64,000 bases of DNA from Octopus sinensis (lineage: Eukaryota), in assembly GCF_006345805.1 (NCBI RefSeq), contig NC_042999.1:109430001-109494000 (forward strand), given 5' to 3'. How positions within the stretch are numbered: position 1 is the first letter of the stretch; each line of letters opens with the position of its first letter. A program made the position numbers and the translations under genes. Shown here one piece after another: positions 1 to 12,976 of the stretch. The notes beneath the pieces are model-generated. The model was not told the origin of the DNA. It saw only the letters and a program-made list of their open reading frames with translations, and ran no database searches.

Positions 1-180
1 TGTAAACAGCGTAAGTGCACTAGAACATTAAAACTTCGTGCTCATGCACAGCAGAGTTCAAAGTCAATCTGTGTTAAGCAGCTTTACTCTGCATGCTTTA
101 GCTTTGTTAGTATGGCAACAGTCCGGATACTTATTGATCAAACCATATATACATATATAGACAATGGGCTTCTTTTAGTT

Positions 181-401
181 TCTTATTTCTTTACTGCTCA
201 CAAGGGGCCAAACAAGGACAGACAAAGGGATTAAGTCGATTACACCGACCCCAGTGCATAACTGGTACTTAATTTATCGACCCCGAAAGGATGAAAGGCA
301 AAGTCGACCTCGGCGGGATTCGAACTCAGAACGTAACAGCAGACGAAATACCACTAAGCATTTCGCCTGGCGTGCTTATGATTCTGCCAGCTCACCGCCT
401 T
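181..401 (-). mobile_element. tRNA-derived SINE, family A (central GTCGACTTTGCCTTTCATCCTTTCGGGGTCGATAAA block)
   Basis: Minus strand reads GGCGGTGAGCTGGCAGAATC (A-box-like)...GAGTTCGAATCCC (B-box, 316-327), then the conserved central block. More than ten further copies occur in the window. The central block resembles the Meta/MESC-type SINE domain (from memory, inference). This copy sits inside a family-B SINE fragment (~165-180 and ~411-520). Confidence 0.9.
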
Positions 402-663
402 CAGTTAGTTTCTTTTAGTTTCTATTTACCAACTCTACTCACAAGGCTTTGGTCCACCTGTGGTCATAGCAGAGGACACTAGTCTGACATGCCATGCAGT
501 GGGACTGAACCCAATGTCTGGTCCATATATCAAGGATGACCACTAATCTAAATTCTATTTGGGTGCTTGTCTTAATCTGTCATCCAGTTAAACACTGCCA
601 CTTGGTTTCAAGGTGACTTAGTGAAGTCCACTTTGTTACAAGCAACTGGTTCTATTAGTCTTA

Positions 664-726
664 CTAGTTGAGTTGCACTTTCTTCCTGTTTTCTTCGACA
701 AGACTTTGGGGCCACTGCTTTTCCTC
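664..726 (-). CDS. candidate terminal exon (EEKQWPQSLVEENRKKVQLN*), unverified
   Basis: Long pyrimidine tract and acceptor (ttgctttcttttcccatttcttattcaaag|), open in phase 0 to TAG. The AAG acceptor is the rarer type and no homology is recognised. Confidence 0.2.
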   Translation of the reverse strand, partial: EEKQWPQSLVEENRKKVQLN

Positions 727-1180
727 CTTTGAATAAGAAATGGGAAAAGAAAGCAAGGTAAACTAAATATGGATGTATATATAAAGATGGTATATGGAAT
801 TTGTCACTTTTTTTTCCCAAAGCATTGATAACTATTTGAAACCTCAGTGCTATCAACTCTCACTTACAAGCAGAGATGTATTGATACAATATCGCAAAGT
901 TAATATGAAGAAAAATGTCTTGAAAGAAAAGTTCAAGGTGTTCTAAGAGTCAACTGTGACCTCGATCAATATGAAATAAAATATATACAATAGAATATAT
1001 AAATAAATAAATAAAACCCAAGTGTCAGGCAGCATATTAGTAGATTTATTTTATGTAATTACAATAAATTTAGTTCTGTTCAATTAGAAATGAAAGAGGT
1101 TCTTCGAAACCATTCCAGTTTTGAATCACTATAAATTTTCAATCAAAGCAGATATTTTAATGGATTCTTTGGTTCTAAAA

Positions 1181-1350
1181 GATCATCATCATCATCATCA
1201 TCACCATCATCATCATCATCTTCATCATCACCACCTACGTCATCCACATCATTGTTGATATTGGTATTATTGTCAATGTTGTTACTGTTGATATTATTAT
1301 TATTATTATTATTATTATTATCATCATCATCACTACCATCACTATTATTA
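1181..1350. repeat. compound (CAT)n/(ATT)n trinucleotide repeat
   Basis: Directly visible. Confidence 0.9.
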
Positions 1351-1540
1351 TGCCTTTACAAGCTTGGTTATCTGTGAAATATTAAAAGTTCCTGTCAGGT
1401 AAGTTCACTTAAGGACACCTTTCATCAACATTTGAAACAGCGAGAACAATTCTTTGCTGCAGTTGAAGATTGGTTCCAGTGATATCAACTCCATTAGACT
1501 TTGGACACATTTGAAATTGTAATAGTTCTTACTTTCTCTT

Positions 1541-1575
<35 letters not shown>

Positions 1576-1912
1576 CACATACATACACACATATATATAT
1601 ATATTTATATAAAAGTATCTGTGTATGTATATATATATACATATATATAAATAAATAAATAAGTATATGTGTGTGTGTTTAATGTATGTATATATATAAA
1701 CACACACATACACATATGTACTGACAATAATCTGAAAGATTCATGCCAGAAGTTTAATGTGGTCTGTTAGAAATAAATATCCCTAAAATGGAAAGAAAGC
1801 AGGCATTAACTTTTTAAGTGGTCTCTTTGATAAAAAAAAAATAATGAAACAGTTCCAAGTAATAACTTTTTCAAGAACTTTTGCACATACATGCCCAAAT
1901 TTTCTTACATAC

Positions 1913-1996
1913 ACTCAAATACTTGCATCTTGGAAGAACAGGTAATTCAAAGGCATGTAGGAGATAAATGCCATCTATGTACGTCAGCAAGTCAAA
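1913..1996 (-). CDS. candidate internal exon (FDLLTYIDGIYLLHAFELPVLPRCKYLS), unverified
   Basis: Acceptor ccttccacccttttcaatctgaaag| and donor |gtatgt. 84 nt, and only phase 0 is open. Confidence 0.2.
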
Positions 1997-3437
1997 CTTT
2001 CAGATTGAAAAGGGTGGAAGGTAGAATAACAAATAAATATTATGTATGAGTAATGGAAGCCATTTCTAAGAAAGTGTTGGAAGTTGATTCTGTTAGAAGG
2101 CAATATGTTGTTTCCTAGGCTCTAGAATTTTTCCCTTGGCCATGTGAATATCATTCGAGTAAGATCAAGTCAATCCATATTTTATCATGATTATTTGTTA
2201 TTTTATGCATGTAAAATCAACTGCTTTGTTCAGGGAAATGAAGAGATACTTAAGAAGTAAAAATCTCTTGGAATTCAAGCTAAGAAAAATACAGAATATA
2301 AACTAACCAAAGAATATAATGGGGCATAACCAAAGTTTTTAGCCATAATTACATTAATAAATTAATTAAATAAATTAAGTTTTTTCTAAGTGCATGAGAC
2401 AGTCATAAACATCTGTCATGTTTTATTATATAAGTTCACCCAGGACAAAGAGGAATGAACAGGATACTACCATTTTTGGTTAATTAAACCACCACTAGCA
2501 GTTGAATACCTTACATTTTATAGCAACTGTGAAATTGTATTTAAAATTACTGCTGTTGCACTTATAACTACATCAAACTGATTTGCACATTAGGTACATT
2601 TTTGGCTCTTAATTCTGATATATGAATGACATGCCAGTAGAGTATATTTTTTTAAACTAAAGATTACTATGGAGTAAACTCAAAAATTTTAGCTGTCACT
2701 GAATTTGTAAATTAATTAAATAAATTAATTAAATTTGCTTGATACATAAGACAGTTATAAACATCTGTCATGTTTTATCACACAACTACACAATGAATTT
2801 TCATCCACAATTAAATACCCTTGTCTGTAAATATACATTCTTTGACATACTAAATGGATATGAATGCAAAGAATCTGAGTAATTTTTTATGTTTCTTTAC
2901 TGTTGCACATGCACATAAAATATAATAAAATATATCGGATGATATCTTTTTGCTTCTTGGGGTCACTTATTTTCCTTAGATTAAAAATTTTATAAAACCG
3001 CATGTAAATTATGATTATATGGTAATATAGTAAAATATTTGAATAGGTGGGTCTTATTCCTGGTAGAAGTTATGTGGATAACTAGATATTACCTGTAACC
3101 TTAAATATCCATGAGTTTCCAAAAATGTTCAAGTGTTCAAAACCCTTCTGATAACCTTTCCTGTGCTTAAAAGGCAAACTTTCTGTAGAAGCTTTACAGG
3201 ACATTACATTCCAATCTCCTTCAACCATTTGTCAATATCTTTACTCACAGTTCCAATGCACCAATTATTACCGGCACAATCTTTAGTTTTCGTATTTCAA
3301 ATGCTTGCAATTTCAAATTTTAAGGGATTGTATTTTTTGGTTTTTCATCTTTCTTTACAATCCTGGAATCAAATGGATCGCTTTGCAAGCTTTTCATTGT
3401 CTATTATTGTTATACCTGGTTTAATATTTTCTACCTT

Positions 3438-3960
3438 CTTATAAGTGTAAGTGCCTTAAGAGAATAATTGGGTATAAGAAGTATCTGATGTAGTATGCAG
3501 GAGAGAAGACTGCACTGGCAAAGCCATGTGATGTGTTTGGATGAGGTCAGCTGCATAAAGAAGTGCTGATCTATAATTGTGGAAGGAACTTGCGGACCCA
3601 GGGGAAAATGGGATGAGGTGGAAAAATGTGATCTTTGGATGGTGAGTCTCATGGAGATGATGACAAAAGACTGGGACTTCTGGCAAATTGCTGTACTTGA
3701 GAAGATGTGTCAAGCTAAGTGAAGTCATAACTTTGTGCAGGTGACGTGTGAATGGCACCCATGCTGGTGACACATAAAAGGTACCTGTGCCAATGACAAA
3801 TCATGGGCACTTGGTACACACTGTGCAGTGGTTGGTGTTAGGAAGGGCATCTAGCTGTACAAACCAAGCCAAAACTGACTGGAGCCTGGTGCAGCTCTCG
3901 AGTTTAACATCTCCAGTCAAACTACCTAACCCATGCCAGCATAGAAAACAGATGTTAACT
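3438..3960 (+). mobile_element. 5'-truncated RTE-clade LINE (ORF C-terminus plus 3' UTR)
   Basis: Degenerate ...ERRLHWQSHVMCLDEVSCIKKC...KWDEVEKCDL...AVLEKMCQAK* matches the RTE C-terminal RLRWxGHV/RPRKTW/LEKTRQ pattern. It is followed by the TAGGAAGGGCATCCAGCTGT-type UTR seen in other copies. Confidence 0.85.
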
Positions 3961-4002
3961 GATTATCATTATTATTATTATTGTTATTATTATTATTATT
4001 AT

Positions 4003-4310
4003 TCAGTGAGGGAGTAGCACATGCCATCAAAGTGACACTGGGGTACAAATATACAAAGCCCAATATATCCGTCTGATAAGGGTTCATCAGGCACATGCAT
4101 CACAACCATATGCGTGCAACATGGTGATAAACAGTGCGTGACCTTGCAGGTGGGGCCCAGTTAAAACTTTCTTCATGTTGAGTAGCCCATCCCACTCAAA
4201 TGGTCCTTGAAAAAGGTTTGTTTAAGGATGATGAACACTACACCCATATTTCCAGAGGTGAATTATTCAAACTCCAAAGAATTCCTCTCAACACATGGCT
4301 ATGATGCCCA
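4003..4310 (-). mobile_element. unclassified (AAT)n-tailed interspersed element
   Basis: Reverse complement aligns by eye along its length with 55852-56173. Both end in ...ctc(c/t)ctcact and an (AAT)n tail. Confidence 0.75.
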
Positions 4311-5742
4311 TGACCAGGGATGCACATATCGACAGCCACTAAGGTACATGCCCAACTGGTTAAGGTCAAGCAACTGACAAGCAAATCTGTGGTATTGAGC
4401 AGAATATTTGTTGTAGCCCATCTTTTATATCAAGACAAAACAATGTACAGCTGGATGCACTTCCTAATGCCGACCTTTCTGAGAGCGTAGTGGGTGCTTT
4501 TTACATGCTACCAGCACAGGAGCTGGTCAGGCAGCCCTGGCAATGATCACGTTTGGATAGTGCTGCTTTTTACGTGCCACCAGCATCCATTAAATGGTGA
4601 TGAGTTATATGACCATGTCCTTTTATCAAATCATAAGCTATTTTGACTTCTCGAAATGTCAAACTGAATGGTATCGTAGCCAATACAAATATTTATAGAG
4701 ATAAGCTATCACCATGAAATATACCAAGTGTGACGTCCACTTTCCCAAGTCTTTGTTTTTCTCTTACTAATTCAGTATGCCAATGTTTCATAATTTCATT
4801 AACCATTTTCTCCCTATTTTCTGCCACTTTAAATATGCTCATTATTTTACTTATCCAACTGTGAGATACCATGTCATATGCTTTTTAGTAATCCCTCCAT
4901 GCTACATTCATTTGGACACTTTAAAAAAAATGTTGTCAGCCTTGTTCTAGTAATGTGAAGCTTGCAAAGTTTCAGAACTTTTGCAGTGGATGCTGAATTA
5001 TTTCTGCCTTCAATTACCAAATATACACGGATTCTTTGATGATATTCCTATTCTCTGTATTTTTGATGTTATGTGTGATTGTAACAGCAATGTCTGTGGT
5101 TACCTTTTCTTATTCCTACATAATGTTTACTCACCATATTTTGGTTTTGTTTCCTGCAGATGACCTTAGTCTCCCAAGTAATTACTCTAGAGTTTGGGGT
5201 CTGATTGGTTGGGCATAAAGCTTGTTTCTGAAAGAGCAATGTGCCCCATCTTGTTTGGTGGGATATCATGTTATTATATGTTTCATATTGAATGTATGAC
5301 TTTCACTTAATTTCAAACTGTTTCTATTGAATAATTTTCTTTATTGTGGATTGATCATAAAATTAATTAGGTCTATATTTTTTAATTATATTAATTAGGC
5401 ATAAACTAATATAGCTAAATATCTCTTAGGCTTAATTAATAAATATTTTCTGATCAGCCATCATTATTGAAAATTATTAGCTTCGGAGATAATGATGAAA
5501 CAATGTCAGACAATTCCTGTAATTAACAGAATATGTAGTGTGTCTGTTGTTGTACCCAACACATAAATAGAAAATGAAAAACAGTGTTATTATAACTGTT
5601 TTTCTTTTGGTCATCTGATAATGTGTGGTACTTGCTCTTTTTATTCATATAACAGACACCAATAATTCAGATTCAAAATTAATCTTCAGGTGAATGTTAA
5701 AGTTAAATGTTCCAAAGTATATTTAAAAGGCCTACCTAATAC

Positions 5743-5822
5743 CTGTAGATGTGCTTCAGTATATTTATATGATGGACTCTCCTGTTGAAGAGGATATAAG
5801 CATTCATCTTTTACTGAATGAC
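5743..5822 (-). CDS. candidate internal exon (GHSVKDECLYPLQQESPSYKYTEAHLQ), unverified
   Basis: atcatttgtgcag|GTCATTCAG...CATCTACAG|gtatta. 80 nt, phase 1 in and phase 0 out, in non-repetitive sequence. Product not recognised. Confidence 0.4.
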
Positions 5823-5894
5823 CTGCACAAATGATTTGTTTATAGTGATCAAGTATGTGTGCTGTATGTTGTCTCGCTTTCTCCATTAAATCGA

Positions 5895-6062
5895 TGTTTT
5901 CTGAACAGGTGCACAGTGTACCACATGTCAGGTTTTGAAGTGATTGCAGAACAATCTGAGATGAAGTGTTTTGCTCAAGAATACAATACACCACCCAGTC
6001 TAGAAATTGAAACCATGAACTTACAATTATGAGTCCAACTCCCTCACTAGGCCATGTGACCT
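5895..6062 (-). mobile_element. tRNA/CORE-type SINE (third family); similar copy at ~58490-58640
   Basis: Reverse complement gives a tRNA-like head followed by (g)tattcttgagcaaaacacttcatctc, a CORE-like motif. Confidence 0.6.
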
Positions 6063-6094
6063 ATATATTTATTGACCTCATACATACATATCAG

Positions 6095-6262
6095 GCAAAA
6101 TGCTTAGTGGCATTTTGTGTCCTTTTTTAGGTTTTAAGTTCAAATTCTGCAGAAGTCAACTTTGATTTTCATCCTTTCAGGGACAGTAAAATAAGCACCG
6201 GCTGAGCACTGGGGTCTTTGTAATCGACTTATCCCTTCCTCCAGAATTGCTGACCTTGTGCA
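6095..6262 (+). mobile_element. SINE family A copy
   Basis: aaatgcttagtggcattt...aagttcaaattctgc...gtcaactttgattttcatcctttcagggacagtaaa. Confidence 0.8.
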
Positions 6263-6534
6263 TTTGCTAATTGCGAATTAGCCACCCATATTTTTTATAA
6301 ATTTCTTACACACACACAAATGAAATTTATAAATAATATAGGTGGCTAATTTGCAATTTTACAACCTAGAGGCAGAAATATATACATCACTAAAGTGAAC
6401 AAAGGGCACTAATCAGTACCAGTGTTGCTAGAAATAAGCGTCAAAAACAACTCAATAGCCACAGAAGCACTATCTTAAGGAACTGACAAGAGAGATAAAG
6501 CTCCCTACGGTCACAGATATAGCTAGATAACCAT

Positions 6535-6587
<53 letters not shown>

Positions 6588-6639
6588 CTCACCTCTTTAC
6601 ACACACACAAAAGCATACATACATACTCCACATTTACAT

Positions 6640-7130
6640 AACAGATTGGAGTTCTATATCACAGGTAAATATTGTAGCCAAGAATGAAACAACTGAGTTG
6701 CCTGAAAATATAGACCTATTCCTTGCCTAAATATTATTTACAAACTATACACAAGCTGCCTCAGCTGATTCCTCCAGGATCGTTGTGAGTCCAGCAACAT
6801 GAGATGTGCTGAACAACTTTTGTTAAATAAAGCTGTATTGTTTGAAGTAAGAAAACATCATACAAACCTTGTAACAGTATAGTTTGAATATGGGAAATCA
6901 GTTGACTCTAGTCTTTATTCATGGTTGCTGAAGTCTCTACATTTGGCAAAAGTACTTGCTACCTTAGTTATTGCCATTGAGGGATTCAGAAAGACCTGGG
7001 AAACAATCCTCACATTTATAACTAGGAGTGGAACGAAGGCCCTGTGATGTTAAAAATATTTCAAAGGGAATATTCCAAGGAGATAGTCTTTCGGTAATTC
7101 TGCTTCTGTAATTTCTGTTTCTGTTACAAA
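6640..7130 (+). mobile_element. R4/Dong-like non-LTR retrotransposon RT fragment (pseudogenised)
   Basis: Degenerate ...EQLLLNKAVLFEVRKHHTNLVTV*FEYGKSVDSSLYSWLLKSL... and GIFQGDSLS, matching the RLE-clade RT motifs xDYxKAFDSVPHSW and GIFQGDSLSP. Confidence 0.75.
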
Positions 7131-7329
7131 AATCCAATAACTATGTGCTAGGGTATTCAACTGCTACAGATACATATGTAACCTATTACTTCTTTGTGAA
7201 TGAGCTGAAGAATTATGCTATAAATGTTGACAATGCTAAAAGAAAATAGGTGGAGTGAATAACATTTTCAGGTGATATAAGAATGTGTAGGTAGGTATGT
7301 GAGGTAGAAAAGAGGGGTTGGGGATACAG

Positions 7330-8750
7330 TGATGGTGAGCATGAGCAGGAGAAGGGACCAAGCGTAAGGGAGATGGGTTGTGGAGGAGGGAACATGGACA
7401 TAAAGGTCTTCTCTAGCACAGGGAATTGACAATTGCCTTGGTCCTTTGCCATCTCTTCTGTGAGGCTCAACATCTGAAGATCATTTCTCACCACTATGTT
7501 TGACAACTTCCTGTGTCTTCCTCTTCTATCTGTTCCCCCCACATTTAGAGATCAGCATTTCTTTATGCAGTTATCCTTATCCATGTGCATCACATGACCC
7601 TAGCACTGTCTTTGCTCTTGCACACTGCAGCTGATGCCTCCTATACCCAATTTTTCTCTGAAAACGTTGACTCTTTGTTGTACATGCACACTAACATTGC
7701 ATATCCAGCAGAAAATACTGGTTTCATTTCTTTCAAGCCTTCAGATATCCTCTGCAGTCACGGTATATGTTTCACTGCTGTGTAGCATAGCTGTCCATAC
7801 TCAGGCATTATATGGTCCACCTTTCACTCTGAAAACTTTGTTATCGACAAAAGTAATAGCTCTTTGAGCTTTGCCCAGCTAGTTCTTATTCTAGCAACTA
7901 CACTTTCAGAACAACAACCTCTGCTGCTAATTTGGTCATTTCAGTAATGAAAAGTATCTACTACCTTACCTACACCTTTTCTGCATATCAAGCAGGGCCA
8001 TCTCCCAGAAGGGATCTGTAATTTGTCTGCTTTCCTGCTCACTAAGACTTTCATCTTTGCTAAATTAACTCTGAGGTCCTTTGATACTAGACCTTGTTTC
8101 CTCTCCTGAAATTTCTTCTCTAATTCTAATAGAGATTTGGTTATAGAAATAAGGTCGTTGTCATAGAGGAACTTTCAAAGGCAACTAATCTTAAATTCCT
8201 CTCTTATAGTCTGGAGGACTATTATAAACATGAGGGGTTTGAAAGCCAGTCCTTGGTTAACTCCCACTTGCATTCTAAATTCGTTGCTATACTTATTGCT
8301 GACTTCCACCTTACTAACATTATCCCTATACATCACTTATATGGCTCTCACCAGCCACTCATCTATCCCTAGCTTCCTCATCAAACACCAGATGAAAGAG
8401 AGAAAGGGAGGGTCCCTGTCAAAAGCTTTCTTCATGTCAACAAATGCCAAGTACAGAAGTTTATTTTTCAATAAATGCTTCCCCTGCAGTTGCTTTACCA
8501 AGAAGGTAGCATAACTAGTGTTTCTCCCTGGGACAAAACCAAACTGCATCTCATCTAGCTTAACTCTCTTCTTAATTAGTTGAGCTATAATCCTCTCTGT
8601 AACTTTCACCACCTGCTCCAGCAATTTGATAGCTCTGAATTTCTTCTGTCTACTTTACTTTTGTAGCAGGTGACTATAATGCTGCCATACAAGTTATTGG
8701 GTATGGTCTCTTCTTTGGCGACCCGATTAACTGCACAGGTGTCCTTGTCT
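7330..8750 (-). mobile_element. RTE-clade LINE fragment (RT domain to C-terminus), degraded
   Basis: ORF 8337-8624 contains QFGFVPGR...YLAFVDMKKAFDR. Upstream is IPNNLYGSIIVTCYK, downstream are VGVNQG and LYDND (degenerate YADD), and the C-terminus reads ...AVLEK. Confidence 0.9.
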
Positions 8751-8994
8751 TGACATAGTGAAATATTACTTTGTTTGGAAACAAATGAACGTTGGTAACA
8801 GAAAGGGCATCCACCTAGGGAATATCTCCCTCTCAATAACCTCTGTCTGACACATGCAGTCTTGGAAAAGTAGGTGTTAAAATGATGATGATGAGAACTG
8901 AAACATGTAAAATTTCTAAGAAAATTAAAATTTATCTTATATAGTGGCATTTTCAAACTTCTTTTTATAAATATATAAATATATATACACACAC

Positions 8995-9205
8995 ATATAT
9001 ATATATATATATAGGTTAATTCAAACATGAAGAAACAAAGAGAAAACATAACAACGCGAAGATGTGGAACAAGTATAGTGTTATTGGACGCTCAGGAAAG
9101 GAAAGAAAGAAGGAGGATTTAATGTTTCGAGCAGAGCTCTTTGTCAGAAACATAGGAAAAGGAAAGATCCAAGGGAGAGAAGATGGAGGAAAACAAATCG
9201 CCATA
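8995..9205 (-). mobile_element. Penelope-like (PLE-type) terminal fragment with decayed hammerhead motif (9118-9151)
   Basis: Minus strand gttt-CTGACAA-a-gagc-tct-gctc-GAAAC-att-aaa. Two CpG-type changes separate it from CTGACGA...GAAACGTT. Confidence 0.55.
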
Positions 9206-9638
9206 TATATATATATATCTAGAGAGAGAGAGAGAGGGATAATTAGATAGATATCTTTTCTGTCATAGATTGTTTATAATGTGTACTGGTTGTATTTTAT
9301 CATGGCACAAGTCCTAGAGGGGCAGTTTTATCCTGGGCTAGACTTAAGAATCCTTTTTACCCCATGTTGCCCGTTTCGATTTGGCAACCACTTTACAGAG
9401 CGTTCAGGGTATATTTTATTGTGGTGCCAAAATTAGAGATATTGTTAATTGCAAGTGTTATTACAGGCAAAATAATATACTTTGTGCATGTAATAGTAAA
9501 TATATATTGTGTAATTGTTGTTAAATCATAACACTGTTATTTAAAGTGTCATGTGTTTTTGTCTTATAGCAATCTTCTCTGCATGCTACTCGTAAACTTT
9601 TCTATTGTCTTTTAGTTAACTACAACTATTATTATACA

Positions 9639-9680
<42 letters not shown>

Positions 9681-10791
9681 CCATATTCAAATTTCCATGC
9701 CAAACATCATGAAATTTGTGATAGCAACACAAAACACAAAGTAGAGATGGAATAAAATTTTTAACTCAAAATAAAAGCATAAATATTTGTTTATGTATTG
9801 AATATTTTCTGTTTTACAAAATGGATAATGCACATTCAGTATATGACATTGTGTAATGTACACTAACTTCACAACATAACTGAATACATATGGATATGAG
9901 CACATATAATTTCTTATTCATAACCCATGCTCTTCTAGTATTCAAGTAATTATTGTAGGTTGTCAAACTTGTATCATGTAAATGAGTTGTGTAAGTCACA
10001 AGTTTTATTTTAATAAGCAGACTTTCACTACCATTATCAACAGTTTGGGAGAGAGAAGTGAGGAAATCCTAATGGGTTGTTAAATAACAATTAAACCAGA
10101 TGGTTCAGTCTTTAGCCAAAGCTGCCACAAAATGGGCCTCAAGGACCTAATTTCGTATTGATACTAAAAAGGCAATATATGAACCCACTTCATTATAAAT
10201 GAACCACTTTCATTATTGCTGCCATAATCTTTACAGATTAGGGCAGCAAGCTGGCTAAATTATTAACAAGCTGGACAAAACTTTTAGTGGCATTTCTGCT
10301 GGCTTTGCCTTCTGAGTTCAAATGTCACTGAGGTTGATATTACTTTCCATCTTTTCAAGTCAATAAAATAAGTACCAGTCTTTCACTGATTTCTTCCTCC
10401 CCTAAAAATTGTGCCAGAGATTAGCGAGAATTATTTCTATATGGATATTAAACTTACAGCACATAATATAGTTTCCATTTTGAAGAAGGAGATTCATTAT
10501 TTTAGTTAATATATAAGGTGGAGAGTTGGCAGACTCTTCAGCATGCTGGACAAAGTGCTTTGTGGAATTTCATCAATCTTTACATTTTGAGTTCAGATTC
10601 CATCCAGATTCAGTCTCATTGTATGGCACCTTGGGCAAGAGTCTTCAACTATAGTCTTGTGCTGACCAATACCTTGTAAGTGGATTTTGTAGGTGAAAGC
10701 TGAAAAAAGCCTGTCTGGACGGTTCAGACCCCAGTTGAACCGTCCAACCCATGCTAGCATGGAAAACAGACGCTAAATGATGATGATGATG

Positions 10792-10824
<33 letters not shown>

Positions 10825-12258
10825 ATATATATATTTTTTTTTATATATATTTATATATATACATATATCTGACATATACATATATATGACATTTAAAGAA
10901 ATACTTCACTTTATGAGGACCTTGCTTTAAGAGAGCCTAGGTTTATGAGTTTTATTTTATAATAGATATAAAAAGGTTAAACAGCCATTCTGTGTGTGTA
11001 GCAATGTCACAAAAGTTTCTACTACCATAACAAATGCTTCTGCATGTTACTGAGAAATTTATAGAGAGCAAAAAATGCATCTGCTAAGCAAATAACTGTA
11101 GACTTGTTTTGTAAAAAGAAGTCTACAAGTCCGTAAACTCGTGCTTGTGAATTGGCAATTACATCCACAATTGATGGTGGGCATGAGTACAGTGTGAATG
11201 AAAATGATTCAGAAAATAATTATAATAATAATATTTTTTATTATAAATGATCTTAACATTCTTTTTACTTTACATAAAATGTTCTTTACATTCCACTCTT
11301 GTTTTATTGCCATTTATTTATGAGTATCATAAATTTTATAGGTAAAATATTTTTCTGGGAATGAATTAGGATTTATAACATTGCTACTATGGGAAATTAT
11401 TGTTCTGCTTTGCAAGTTTTCACTTTGCGAGTGGTCTCCAGGAACAAATTAAGTTGTATATTAATGCATTACTGTATGTGTGTTTGTGTGTGTGCGCGTG
11501 TGTTTGTCTCTCACCAGCATTTGACAACTGGTGTTGGTGGGTTTATATCCTCATAACTTTGCAGTGCAGCAAAAAGAAACCTATGGAATAAGTGCCAGGC
11601 TTTAAAAAAATAATAAGTATTAGGATCAATTCATTCAACTAAAAATTTTTCTAAGTGGTGCCCTAGCATGGCTCCAGTCCAATGACTGAAACAAGTAAAA
11701 GATAAAAAAAACAAGGTCAACTTTGCCTTTCATCATTTCGAAGTGGATAAAATAAGTGCCAGTTGAATATTGGGGTCGATGAATTCAAGAGACCCATCTC
11801 CACAAATTTGCTCAATAGTTGTTTTTTAACAATTTCGTAGTTGGTTCTAATATTATATTGTAACCTGATACCAAAACAGTGAAGTGAGAGAAATGGTTAC
11901 AAGAAGAACAGTATTTAGTTGCACTTCTTTTCAAGCCAATGGAAGTGGCTTCGTTTTTTAACTCTTTAGAGCTTTTGTGAAATATGCACTAAGGTTGAGT
12001 CAATCAACTATATCTCTTCTCTACAAAGCTGTAGCCTCAAGCAAATGTTATAAATCCATAATTTAATATCTAAAGTCATGGGTATTATACTTATTTATAT
12101 TATGGACTGAGTCTTCATTAGAATGTTTTGGGACAAAAGATCTCACTCAAAATGCCACTCCTACTTCTACTCATAAAATACAAACTTATGAATCTCACTT
12201 TTATATATTTCTCTACCAACATAAACTACACTTGACTCAGACAGTCTTTTCTTATGCA

Positions 12259-12299
<41 letters not shown>

Positions 12300-12301
<2 letters not shown>

Positions 12302-12570
12302 CCAGCGCCACCTTGACTGGCTTCCGTGCTGGTGGCACATAAAAAGCACCAACCGATTGTGGCCATTGCCAGCCTCCCCTGGTACCTGTGCCAGTGGCAT
12401 GTAAAAAGCACCCACTACATTCACGGAGTGGTTGGCGTCAGAAAGGGCATCCAGCTGTAGAAACACTGCCAGATCAGAGTGGAGCCTTGTGCAGCCTCCT
12501 GGCTTCCCAGACCTTGGTCGAACCATCCAACCCATGCTAGCATGGAAAATGGACGTTGATGATGATGATG
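12300..12570 (+). mobile_element. RTE 3'-UTR-type repeat with (GAT)n tail; other copies at ~29280-29560 (+), ~10700-10795 (+), ~63605-64000 (-)
   Basis: gtggcacataaaaagcacc subrepeats, ggaagggcatccagctgtagaaac, and cccatgctagcatggaaaatggacgttgatgatgatg. Confidence 0.85.
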
Positions 12571-12589
12571 ATATATATATATATATATA

Positions 12590-12976
12590 TTATATAAAAT
12601 CCGTTCTGTCTGTATGTGTGTGTCTTCTAGGATCTCGGGCATCCTCCATCCAATTGTGCTCAAATTTGATATGTAGATACCGATGGTATCAGGGCGTGTA
12701 TAAGTCTTGAAAAAATTACAAAAATCGATTCCAGGTGAGAATGCGATCGATAAAGCCGTGGTAACGTGCATTTGTAAAATCATTTTTTCTTGGAATAGAA
12801 AAAAAGTCTATCTCTATTTCTTCTTTTGCTGGTGTCTCAAATTTAGGTTAAATCAGTGTTTCTCAAAGGGGAGGTCTATGAGACGGTTGGACAAGTTGTT
12901 TTGAGAAAATTTGGTTTAAATGTTTGACAACTCAGCACTGTCCATTGGACACAGGGGGGGGGACGTTTTGCTCGTA
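12590..12976 (+). mobile_element. non-autonomous Helitron-like element (tentative)
   Basis: Inserted in (TA)n and CpG-retaining. Starts tataaaatccgttctgtctg...ctcaaatttgatatg and has a subterminal hairpin tgtcc-att-ggaca ending ...gctcgt. Class inferred from architecture only. Confidence 0.4.

Noticed and set aside
1141-1350. Acidic minus-strand frame (...DDVGGDDEDDDDGDDDDDDLLEPKNPLKYLL*)
   Set aside because: Produced by trinucleotide repeats, begins right after a TAA, and has no good acceptor.
5158-5218. Plus-strand acceptor with DDLSLPSNYSRVWGLIGWA*
   Set aside because: The only nearby plus-strand donor exon (1363-1398) is not frame-compatible with it, and there is no other support.
11030-11215. 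Protein-like minus-strand frame (SIVDVIANSQARVYGLVDFF...)
   Set aside because: No usable AG acceptor between the upstream stop and the frame.
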